Below, piece after piece: positions 27,858 through 36,358 of a stretch of 64,000 nucleotides of DNA; positions within the stretch are counted from its first letter, which is position 1; each line of letters starts with the position of its first letter. The notes below the pieces were generated by a model, which saw only the letters and a program-made list of their open reading frames with translations, was not told where the DNA came from and did not search any database. The position numbers and the translations under genes are program-made. The stretch lies in contig URWY01000002.1 in NCBI GenBank assembly GCA_900551705.1, positions 18,053-82,052 on the forward strand. Direction: 5' to 3'. The stretch comes from an uncultured Bacillota bacterium. GTDB lineage: Bacteria; Bacillota; Clostridia; Christensenellales; UBA1242.

Positions 27858-28951
27858 GCCAAAATTATAGTATACATTCAATAAAAGTCGCACAAACTAC
27901 AAATATGAAAACAATAGTATTCACAGGTGGTGGCACCGCCGGTCATATCATGCCAAATGTGGCGCTTTTCCCAGAAGCAAAAAAACATTTTGACAAAATC
28001 GCCTACATAGGTTCTTCTGGCATGGAAAAACAAATCATCGGCTCAGAGAAAGATGTAGATTTCTATGAAATAGATGCTGTCAAATTGGTAAGGAGTTTAA
28101 CACTTAAAAATTTGGCAATTCCTTTCAAATTGCATAAATCAATAAGGCAAGCAAAAAAAATACTCAAAAAATTGCAACCAAATGTTGTATTTTCAAAGGG
28201 CGGATATGTATCATTGCCAACAGTTATCGCCGCAAAAAAACTAAAAATTCCGGTAATAAGTCACGAATCAGATATGACAATGGGATTGGCGAACAAAATC
28301 ATCTATCGCTATTCAGATAAAATGTTGACAACTTTTGAATGCACGGCGAAAGGTAAATCAAAATGCGTGTTTGTGGGGTCGCCTATCCGCGAAAAAGTCT
28401 TGAAAGGAAATAAGAATAACCTAAATTTACATTTTGGCAATAAACCAAATATTCTGTTCTTCGGCGGTAGTCTTGGTGCAAAAAAAATCAATGACGCAGT
28501 GGAAAATGCCTTGCCAGAATTAACAAAAAAATACAACATCATTCATCTAACCGGCAAGGGTAAAAAAATTAATTTAAAAACAATTTATCCGAATTATTAT
28601 CAACAAGAATATGCCAACAATATTGAAGACTTTTTTAATCTCGCCGACTTAGTTGTTACTCGTGGGGGTGCGAATGCCCTATTTGAACTTTTAGCGATTC
28701 AAAAACCAATGTTAATTATACCATTACCAAAAGCTGAAAGTCGTGGCGACCAACTTGACAATGCTAAATATTTTTCTGAAAAAGGCTACGCAAAAGTGCT
28801 GTATCAAGAAAACTTAACAACAAAAACTTTACTAAATGCACTTGACGAACTTGAAAAAGATAAAGAAAAGATAAAAAAGGCAATGGAAAAAGCACCACAA
28901 AAAAACTCAAATCAAAAAATCATGGAAATAATAGCCAAAACAGCAAAATAA
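27854..28951 (+). CDS. murG: Lipid II synthase MurG (UDP-GlcNAc transferase)
   Basis: KTIVFTGGGTAGHIMPNVAL, plus the C-terminal ADLVVTRGGANALFEL. Confidence 0.9.
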   Translation: MSQNYSIHSIKVAQTTNMKTIVFTGGGTAGHIMPNVALFPEAKKHFDKIAYIGSSGMEKQIIGSEKDVDFYEIDAVKLVRSLTLKNLAIPFKLHKSIRQAKKILKKLQPNVVFSKGGYVSLPTVIAAKKLKIPVISHESDMTMGLANKIIYRYSDKMLTTFECTAKGKSKCVFVGSPIREKVLKGNKNNLNLHFGNKPNILFFGGSLGAKKINDAVENALPELTKKYNIIHLTGKGKKINLKTIYPNYYQQEYANNIEDFFNLADLVVTRGGANALFELLAIQKPMLIIPLPKAESRGDQLDNAKYFSEKGYAKVLYQENLTTKTLLNALDELEKDKEKIKKAMEKAPQKNSNQKIMEIIAKTAK

Positions 28952-28953
28952 AA

Positions 28954-28978
28954 ATGCTCAAAGTAATGAGCATTTTTT
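28954..28978 (+). terminator. Terminator after murG
   Basis: ATGCTCA-AAGTAA-TGAGCAT followed by T5. Confidence 0.7.
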
Positions 28979-28998
28979 ATTTTTCCTGGTTTTAAGAT

Positions 28999-31689
28999 TT
29001 ATGCTATCGCGCCAGAATATTTGTAATATTTTCCGCTTGCATCAACAATTCCGTTTTCATTATAAAGCGTGTCATCTACTTTTGTGAAGCCTAAACCTGT
29101 AATTGCTGTCGCATCTGCACTGTCAACATAAATTGTTGTTAACTTGCTGCAACCACTAAATGCACCATATTTAATTGTTGTAACGCTTGCAGGCAATACA
29201 ATACTTTCCAAACTTGTGCAACCATTAAAACAAGAACTTGGTATTGAAGTAATATTTCCTTTAATAACCACTGATGTTAAACCACTGCAATTTCGGAATG
29301 CATAATCTCCAATGCTGGTCACGCTGTTTGGGATTGTGATTGTTGTTAAACCACTGCAACCAGAGAATGCACCATTTCCAATACTAGTTACGCTGTTTGG
29401 GATTGTGATTGTTGTTAAACCACTGCAACCAGAGAATGCCCAACCTCCAATGCTGGTTACGCTGTCTAGGATTGTGATTGTTGTTAAATTACTGCAATTT
29501 CCGAATGCGCCGTCTCCAATACTTGTTACGCTGTTTGGGATTGTGATTGATGTTAAACCTTTGCAAGAGTGGAATGCATAGTTTCCAATGCTGGTCACGC
29601 TACCATCAGTAGGAATAACACTATTTTTACAACCAATAATTAGAGTTTTGCTTGCTGTTTCAATCAAACAATTTCCTGCACTATGATAGTTTGCATTTCC
29701 TTCTGCAACTTTTATTTCTTCTAAAGCACTGCAATATAGGAATGCATTCGTTCCAATGCTGGTTACTTTGTCTGGGATTGTGATTGAGGTTAATCCGTTG
29801 CAACTTTCGAATGCATTCTTTCCAATGCTGGTTACGCTGTCTGGGATTGTGATGGATTTTAAACCGCAATTATAGAATACACGATTTCCAATACTGGTTA
29901 CGCTGTCTGGGATTGTGATGGATTTTAAATCAGTGTAACTAGAGAATGCTCCATCTCCAATGCTGGTCACTGAAAGACCATTTAGTTTTGCAGGAATTTC
30001 ATAAGTTGTACCTGCTGAAATATATCTTGACACACTTAATTCACCATTAGATTTTGCAAATATTGCTTTACTGTCTGTTGCTAAATATGGATTGTTTTCT
30101 GAAATTGTAATAGTAATGCTTGAAACATTAGTTGGCAACCAAGAAGCGTCATTTATTCCAGCGCCAATGCACATTGATGTTAAACCACTGCAATTTCCGA
30201 ATGTCCATTGCCCACCAATGCTGGTTACACTGTCTGGTATTGTAATAGATGTTAAAGCATCGCAACCTGTGAATGCATAATCTCCAATGCTGGTTACGCT
30301 GTTTGGGATTGTAATAGATGTTAAATCAGAGCAATTTTTGAATACTTGATAAAGTTCAGTCACTGCATATTTATTTGAATCCTGACTAATGCCAATAAAT
30401 TTTGGAATATTTACTATTGTTACACCATCGTTAGGAACAAATTTTCTGAGTTTTGCTGTGTAGGTGTTTGTATTTGCATAAGTTGAAGCGCTGAGAGTTG
30501 AAACACTATTTGTTGGAATTGATGAAAGTGTTACGGTATTTCCATTTGAATCTAACAGGTCAAAATACCATGTTCCTTGGTCGTCTGTGTATTGGTATTT
30601 GCCATAAGATGTGTTTGTTGAGTTTTGTGTTACGCCTGTAGGCAAGAAAACTTTAAGATTTGGTTCTGCAACCCTCCAAGCATTGTCTTTACCTGCGGTT
30701 TTGCCTGTTGTGTCTGCATTGATTAATAGATTTGTTGCTTCGGCAGCACCATACCAAATTTTTGCACCTGTAGAAAAAGCATCTGATGCAATTATATATG
30801 TTATATTAGTGCTATTATTAAGTTTTAACCTTAAATTTGTGCAGCCTTCAAACGCTCTTGAACCAATTAATATTGTTTTCATAGCTGTTGGGTCACCTGA
30901 AATTGTGATTTCACCATCTTTTTTGCCTTCTGAGATGATGTCGTCAATATTAATTTCTGGTTTTTCTTCTGTTGTAACATCAACTTCAATTGGTTTAACA
31001 ACTTCTGTTATTTTCCAACCTTCTGCTGCTGCGTCTGCATCGCCTTGGAGCGTTTCGAGTGTGAGATAAACTTCAATTTTGTTGATTGATGTTGTTCCGT
31101 CAACAAAACCGCCACCTTCTAGGTCGTTAGAACCTTTAAAGCCTTCACCTTCAATGACAAACTTTGCATCTGTTGCAAACAAATCTACAAATGTTGTTGC
31201 TGTTTTTGCAAACTTGTTTAGAGTTGAACCTGTTGCGTAGTAAAAGTAGCCGTCACCGGACCCTACCCAGTTTGTGCCAAAGAAACTTGAACTCGTTTTT
31301 ATTAACTTTGTTGCGTCAGCGAGTTCAACTGGCGTTTCTCCGTTGTAAAACTTATACGATAGTTTTACTCTTGCATAAAAGTTGACAGATTTCTCGTTCG
31401 CTCTTATGCCTGCTGCATTGACTGTAATCTCTTCACCTGGTTGGGCGTTTGTTTCGTCAAACAACAAAAATGTGGTTGTTGTTTCGCGCGTCCAAATGCC
31501 TTCGTCTGGTGTTTTGCCAAAACCTTTGTAGTCAATGATGATACCTTGATCCATGCTCAATGTACCTGTGGCTTGACGCTTTGCTTGATAGAAAGCTCCA
31601 GTGATACCAATTGCGAGCGCCAGGCACAACAAAAGCGCTACTGCAATGATTGCCACTTTTAGGCTTCTTGTTTTTGTTTTATTATTCAT
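28999..31689 (-). CDS. Large secreted/surface protein with BspA-type leucine-rich repeats
   Basis: Start moved to MNNKTKTRS with an AAGGAG RBS. N-terminal hydrophobic signal followed by ITGAFYQAKRQATGTL. Many 23-aa units of the form LTSITIPNSVTSIGDYAFxGCSG. Confidence 0.85.
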   Translation of the reverse strand: MNNKTKTRSLKVAIIAVALLLCLALAIGITGAFYQAKRQATGTLSMDQGIIIDYKGFGKTPDEGIWTRETTTTFLLFDETNAQPGEEITVNAAGIRANEKSVNFYARVKLSYKFYNGETPVELADATKLIKTSSSFFGTNWVGSGDGYFYYATGSTLNKFAKTATTFVDLFATDAKFVIEGEGFKGSNDLEGGGFVDGTTSINKIEVYLTLETLQGDADAAAEGWKITEVVKPIEVDVTTEEKPEINIDDIISEGKKDGEITISGDPTAMKTILIGSRAFEGCTNLRLKLNNSTNITYIIASDAFSTGAKIWYGAAEATNLLINADTTGKTAGKDNAWRVAEPNLKVFLPTGVTQNSTNTSYGKYQYTDDQGTWYFDLLDSNGNTVTLSSIPTNSVSTLSASTYANTNTYTAKLRKFVPNDGVTIVNIPKFIGISQDSNKYAVTELYQVFKNCSDLTSITIPNSVTSIGDYAFTGCDALTSITIPDSVTSIGGQWTFGNCSGLTSMCIGAGINDASWLPTNVSSITITISENNPYLATDSKAIFAKSNGELSVSRYISAGTTYEIPAKLNGLSVTSIGDGAFSSYTDLKSITIPDSVTSIGNRVFYNCGLKSITIPDSVTSIGKNAFESCNGLTSITIPDKVTSIGTNAFLYCSALEEIKVAEGNANYHSAGNCLIETASKTLIIGCKNSVIPTDGSVTSIGNYAFHSCKGLTSITIPNSVTSIGDGAFGNCSNLTTITILDSVTSIGGWAFSGCSGLTTITIPNSVTSIGNGAFSGCSGLTTITIPNSVTSIGDYAFRNCSGLTSVVIKGNITSIPSSCFNGCTSLESIVLPASVTTIKYGAFSGCSKLTTIYVDSADATAITGLGFTKVDDTLYNENGIVDASGKYYKYSGAIA
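29130..30330 (-). repeat. Tandem in-frame repeats of about 69 nt encoding the LRR units
   Basis: CGCTGTTTGG recurs at 29322 and 29391 (period 69), with long near-identical stretches (GGGATTGTGATTGTTGTTAAACCACTGCAACCAGAGAATGC). Confidence 0.85.
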
Positions 31690-31841
31690 ACATTTCTCCT
31701 TTTGTATTTTCATTCATGGGAATTATAACACACCATTTGTGAAAACTACAAACTTTTTTAACAATTTTTTTACGAATTTCCTTAGTAACAAGTAAAATGA
31801 AATTAGAAAACAAAATTATTATTCTCAAAGGTTAAGTTTTT

Positions 31842-32171
31842 ATGAGCGAATTTAAGAAAATCTTACTTGATTTAATGAAACTTAATAATATTTCCACTTT
31901 TGTTGAATTAAGCGCTTGCACAGGAATTCCAATTAGCACGATGTCGCATTGGTTTAATGAAGATAAAATTCCAAGCGTTTCAAACTTAATTACTTTGTCC
32001 AAATTCTTTCAAGTTTCCATTGATAAATTGTTGGGTGTGGAAGAAATTAAAAGCGAGCAAGCGATAACAGAAGATAAGAAAATAGAAAGCGAGTTGTTTT
32101 ACAAATTTAGAAAATTATCACAAAATGAAAAAAGACTAATAATCGCCTATTTAGACGGATTATTAGCCTAA
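31842..32171 (+). CDS. XRE-family HTH regulator, divergent from the LRR gene
   Basis: LSACTGIPISTMSHWFNEDKIPSVSNLITLSKFFQVSIDKLLG. Confidence 0.75.
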   Translation: MSEFKKILLDLMKLNNISTFVELSACTGIPISTMSHWFNEDKIPSVSNLITLSKFFQVSIDKLLGVEEIKSEQAITEDKKIESELFYKFRKLSQNEKRLIIAYLDGLLA

Positions 32172-32219
32172 TTTAATTTGATTTTAATTAATCCATTATT
32201 TACTTGTTAATACGAACAT

Positions 32220-34013
32220 TTATGCAGTTTCTTCTGTGTATTTACTTGAAAATTGACTGTTATACAAATCTGCGTAGAAGCCGTTTGCTGCTAAAAGTTG
32301 TTTATGTTTACCCTTTTCAATAATGTTGCCGTCTTTCATAACCAAAATTAAGTCGGCATTTTTTATTGTTGAAAGTCTATGAGCGATAACAAAACTTGTT
32401 CTATTTTTTGTCAATTTATCCATTGCTTTTTGTATTAATTCTTCCGTTCTGGTATCAACTGAACTTGTTGCTTCATCAAGGATTAACATTGGTGCATTTT
32501 GTATCATTGCCCTTGCAATTGTCATAAGTTGTTTTTGTCCCGCAGAAATTGCTGTGTTATCATCAAGAACCATATCATAGCCATTTGGTAGTGTTCTAAT
32601 AAAGTGGTCTACGCCGCATGCTTCGCAAGCCTTTACAATTTCTTCATCAGAAACATTTTCCTTGTTGAAAACCAAATTTTCTTTAATTGTTCCTTCAAAC
32701 AACCATGTATCTTGCAAAACCATTCCAAAAAGGTTATGTATATTTTCACGCGTCAAATCGCTGGAGGGAATACCATCAATAGTTATTTGTCCATCGTTTA
32801 ATTCATAAAATCTCATAAGCAAGTTAACAAGTGTTGTTTTACCTGCACCTGTTGGGCCAACAATTGCTATTTTTTGCCCTGCTTTCACTTTTGTGCTGAA
32901 ATCTGGAATGATAATTTTATTTTCATCGTATCCAAATTTAACATTTTTAAATTCAATATTTCCTTTAACTTGGCTAGGCTCTAAAACAAGAGTTTTTGAA
33001 CTTTCGTCAGATAATTCTTGCTCTTCTAAGAAAGAGAATACTCTTTCACTTGCCGCCGCCCCAGATTGAATGTTTGTGAACGCTTGGGCGATTTGTGACA
33101 ATGGTTGCGTGAACAAACGGATATAAATCATAAATGACACGATTGAGCCAATTCCGATTGTTCCGTTCATAACAAGAAGTGCACCAGAAATACACACTGC
33201 AACATAGCCGAAATTTCCGATAAATCCCATTAATGGTCCCATAAGTCCTGAGAAAAATTGAGATTTCCATGCATTTACATACAATTTTTTATTGATTTTT
33301 CCGAAACTTTTAATAGTTTCATCATTTGCGTTTGAAACTTTAACAATGTCATGTCCGGAATAAATTTCTTCAATATGTCCGTTTAATTCTGCTAATGAAT
33401 TTTGTTGTGCATTAAAATATTTTTGCGATTTTGCCATGATAACTGCCATAATAACAAAACCAACCAAAGTTGCTGCAATAGCGATAAATGCCATTATCCA
33501 GTTTGTGATAAACATCATAACAAGCGAGCCAATTAAAAGCGCTGAGGAACTTATGATTGTAACAACGCTGTTGCTGATTGTATATCCTAATGTGTCAACA
33601 TCGTTAACGATTGTGCTTAAAATTTCTCCATAAGTTGTTTTATCATAATATTTGAATGGAATATTATTCATTTTTTTAGAAATATCTTGCCTTAATTCTT
33701 TGCTTAATTTATTTGAAACAACAACGGTGATGTAGTTTTGTAAATAGTTAAATAAGAAACCAGCCGAATAAAATGAAACCAAAATCAAGCCGATTTTTAA
33801 TACAAAATCAAAATCAATTCCAATCATCATGTTGTTGGTTATATGATTTGTTAAATCTGACAAATAGTTAGGTCCTAAAATTATAAGCACAGTTCCAGCG
33901 ACTGCTAAGAAGATTGCGCAAAAAATTAAAGGAAAATATTTTTTGCTATATTTCATTAATTTGACAAGAGAGCCTTTAAAATCTTTTGCTTTTTCAGTCT
34001 TATGTTTTGGCAT
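32220..34013 (-). CDS. ABC exporter half-transporter (TMD-NBD) with a consensus catalytic site
   Basis: Walker A GPTGAGKTT, Walker B MLILDEATS, H-loop IAHRLST, and a degenerate signature ISAGQ. Confidence 0.9.
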   Translation of the reverse strand: MPKHKTEKAKDFKGSLVKLMKYSKKYFPLIFCAIFLAVAGTVLIILGPNYLSDLTNHITNNMMIGIDFDFVLKIGLILVSFYSAGFLFNYLQNYITVVVSNKLSKELRQDISKKMNNIPFKYYDKTTYGEILSTIVNDVDTLGYTISNSVVTIISSSALLIGSLVMMFITNWIMAFIAIAATLVGFVIMAVIMAKSQKYFNAQQNSLAELNGHIEEIYSGHDIVKVSNANDETIKSFGKINKKLYVNAWKSQFFSGLMGPLMGFIGNFGYVAVCISGALLVMNGTIGIGSIVSFMIYIRLFTQPLSQIAQAFTNIQSGAAASERVFSFLEEQELSDESSKTLVLEPSQVKGNIEFKNVKFGYDENKIIIPDFSTKVKAGQKIAIVGPTGAGKTTLVNLLMRFYELNDGQITIDGIPSSDLTRENIHNLFGMVLQDTWLFEGTIKENLVFNKENVSDEEIVKACEACGVDHFIRTLPNGYDMVLDDNTAISAGQKQLMTIARAMIQNAPMLILDEATSSVDTRTEELIQKAMDKLTKNRTSFVIAHRLSTIKNADLILVMKDGNIIEKGKHKQLLAANGFYADLYNSQFSSKYTEETA

Positions 34014-34014
34014 A

Positions 34015-35763
34015 TTATAACTCCTCCTTGCTTAATTGTGACAAAGCAATTTCTTTGTAAACTGGGCAATTTTTTAACAATTCTTCATGTTTACCAATTC
34101 CCACCATATTGCCGTTGTCCAAAACGATAATTTTATCTGCATTTTTGATTGTTCCAATTCTTTGAGCAACAATCAAGCAAGTTGTGCCTTTGAGTTCTTT
34201 GTTAATCGTTCTTCTCAATGCTTTATCTGTCTTATAGTCAAGTGCTGAGAATGAGTCATCAAAAATGAGTATTTCTGATTTTCTCGCAAATGCACGCGCT
34301 ATTGACAAACGCTGTTTTTGACCGCCAGAAACATTCTTCCCCCCTTGCGAGATGTGAGAATCGTAGCCGTCTGGCATTTTTTCAACAAAGTCTTTGGCTT
34401 GTGCTTGTTTAATTGCAAGTTGAATTTCTTCTTGACTTGGTTTGCCTTGTTTACTTTCACCAAAGCCAACATTTTCATTTATTGTCCCTGTAAACAAAAC
34501 CGACCTTTGAGCAACATAGCCAACAATATTATATAAGTTTTCAAGTTTATAATTTTTTACATCAACTCCATCAACTAAAATTTCACCTTCGGTGGCATCA
34601 TAGAATCTTGGCACAAGGTCAATAAGTGTGCTTTTACCGCTACCAGTTGAACCAATAAAGGCTATCGTTTCGCCTTTATTTGCTTTAAATGAAATGTTTT
34701 TCAATACATATTCATCAGCGTTTGGATATTTGAAACAAACATTTTTAAATTCAACTGTTCCTTCTTCGGTAGGCTTAGCACCTTCGCCGTCTTCAATGCT
34801 TGACTTTGTTTCTAACACTTCGTTGATACGCTTTGCTGATACAGATGCTCTTGGAAGCATGATAAATATCATGACAAGCATAATAAATGACATAATAACT
34901 TGAACTGCATACGACATAAATACAACCATGTCACTAAACAATGCAATTTTGTCCATGCCAGACGCCGCTTCAATGATATACGCTCCAACCCAATAAATCG
35001 CAAGTGAAATGCAGTTCATAACAAAATACATCATTGGGTTAAAAAGCGACATTCTTTTATCAAGATAAAGATATGTATTTGTTAAATCTGTGTTCTTTTC
35101 TTCAAACTTATTTTCTTCAAATTGTTCGGCATTAAATGCTTTAACAACTCTAAGCCCTGTAAGATTTTCTCTTGCAACCCTGTTGATATCATCAGTTTGT
35201 TTTTGCATTTTTTTAAATTTTGGAAGGCAAGCAATCAAAATTGCAATAATCGTTGTAAGCAAAACAACAACTGCAATTGCTGTTACAACGCTCCATTGCC
35301 AACTTTTTCCAACAATTTTTACAATTGCCCAAACGGCCATTATTGGTGCTTTAACAAGCATTTGAAGCCCCATTGCAATAAAGTTTTGAACTTGAGTTAC
35401 ATCGTTTGTTGTTCTGGTTATCAAACTTGCTGTTGAAAAATGCTTCATTTCGCTTTTTGAAAATTTTTGAATTTTTGAATAAACTTTTCCCCTGATTATA
35501 AGTCCAAGTTTTGCAGCAATTCTTGCAGCAAAAAATCCAACGACAACGCTCATCAATGCGCTGCCAACCGCGCAGGCAATCATGAAACCGCCGTTTTTCC
35601 AAATTTCACTCATATTGTCGCTGCCAGTTGTTAAAAGCGAGGTTATTTGCGACATATATTCAGGAAGTTTCAAATCTAGCCATACTTGTGCCACGATAAA
35701 AACAATACTGACCGCAGCCATAAGCCATTCTTTCCAAGTTAAATTTTTTAACATTTTTAACAT
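34015..35763 (-). CDS. ABC exporter half-transporter (TMD-NBD) with a degenerate catalytic site
   Basis: Walker A GSTGSGKST and canonical signature VSGGQKQR. Walker B is IFDDSFSALD (Asp in place of the catalytic Glu) and the H-loop is VAQRIGT. Confidence 0.9.
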   Translation of the reverse strand: MLKMLKNLTWKEWLMAAVSIVFIVAQVWLDLKLPEYMSQITSLLTTGSDNMSEIWKNGGFMIACAVGSALMSVVVGFFAARIAAKLGLIIRGKVYSKIQKFSKSEMKHFSTASLITRTTNDVTQVQNFIAMGLQMLVKAPIMAVWAIVKIVGKSWQWSVVTAIAVVVLLTTIIAILIACLPKFKKMQKQTDDINRVARENLTGLRVVKAFNAEQFEENKFEEKNTDLTNTYLYLDKRMSLFNPMMYFVMNCISLAIYWVGAYIIEAASGMDKIALFSDMVVFMSYAVQVIMSFIMLVMIFIMLPRASVSAKRINEVLETKSSIEDGEGAKPTEEGTVEFKNVCFKYPNADEYVLKNISFKANKGETIAFIGSTGSGKSTLIDLVPRFYDATEGEILVDGVDVKNYKLENLYNIVGYVAQRSVLFTGTINENVGFGESKQGKPSQEEIQLAIKQAQAKDFVEKMPDGYDSHISQGGKNVSGGQKQRLSIARAFARKSEILIFDDSFSALDYKTDKALRRTINKELKGTTCLIVAQRIGTIKNADKIIVLDNGNMVGIGKHEELLKNCPVYKEIALSQLSKEEL

Positions 35764-35774
35764 ATTTTTTTCTC

Positions 35775-36209
35775 CTAGTCCCTACTTGCTATTTCTTTGA
35801 TTTTCTTTTGAAGTTCTGATAGTAATTTTCCACATTGCTCAATTTCTTCTTCGCTGAAACAACTAAAAATCTCGTTTTCAACTTTTTTCTTTTTTGCGTT
35901 GATTTTACGCTCTATTTCATGCGCCTTTTCAGTTGGTAAAATGATATTCACTCTGCTGTCTTTTTCAGATGGTTTTCTAACAATAAAACCACTTTTCTCC
36001 AAATTAGATATTATGCTGGAAACGGAAGATTTGCGAACATTGCCAAAATTTTCTATATCTTTTTGAGTTATTTCTCCCTTTTTGCTTTGTTTCAAAACAA
36101 ACCCCAAAATAAAAAATTGTTTTCCAGTTAGCCCATATTTTAAAGCAACAGAGCCAAAAATTCTATTCAAACTGTTTTCAATTTTCCTTAAATTTTCAAC
36201 TATCAACAT
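35775..36209 (-). CDS. MarR-family transcriptional regulator
   Basis: Start moved to MLIVENL with a GGAG RBS. ITQKDIENFGNVRKSSVSSIISNLEKSGFIVRKPSEKDSR is a winged HTH. Confidence 0.8.
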   Translation of the reverse strand: MLIVENLRKIENSLNRIFGSVALKYGLTGKQFFILGFVLKQSKKGEITQKDIENFGNVRKSSVSSIISNLEKSGFIVRKPSEKDSRVNIILPTEKAHEIERKINAKKKKVENEIFSCFSEEEIEQCGKLLSELQKKIKEIASRD

Positions 36210-36358
36210 TTCAAACTCCAAAATAGTTAGAATTCGAACCAATTATATACAAAATTTTGCCAATGTCAAGTGTTTTTTTGTAGAAATTTTAAAATTTTTT
36301 TAACTATTTATTTCATAAAATCATAATAAAAATTTATAAATGACAAATAATAGATTTT

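Noticed and set aside
29130-30330. Regular ~69-nt repeats that could be mistaken for a CRISPR-like array
   Set aside because: The repeats are contiguous with no unique spacers, are a multiple of 3 nt, and lie in frame inside one 896-aa ORF encoding LRR units. No cas genes are present.
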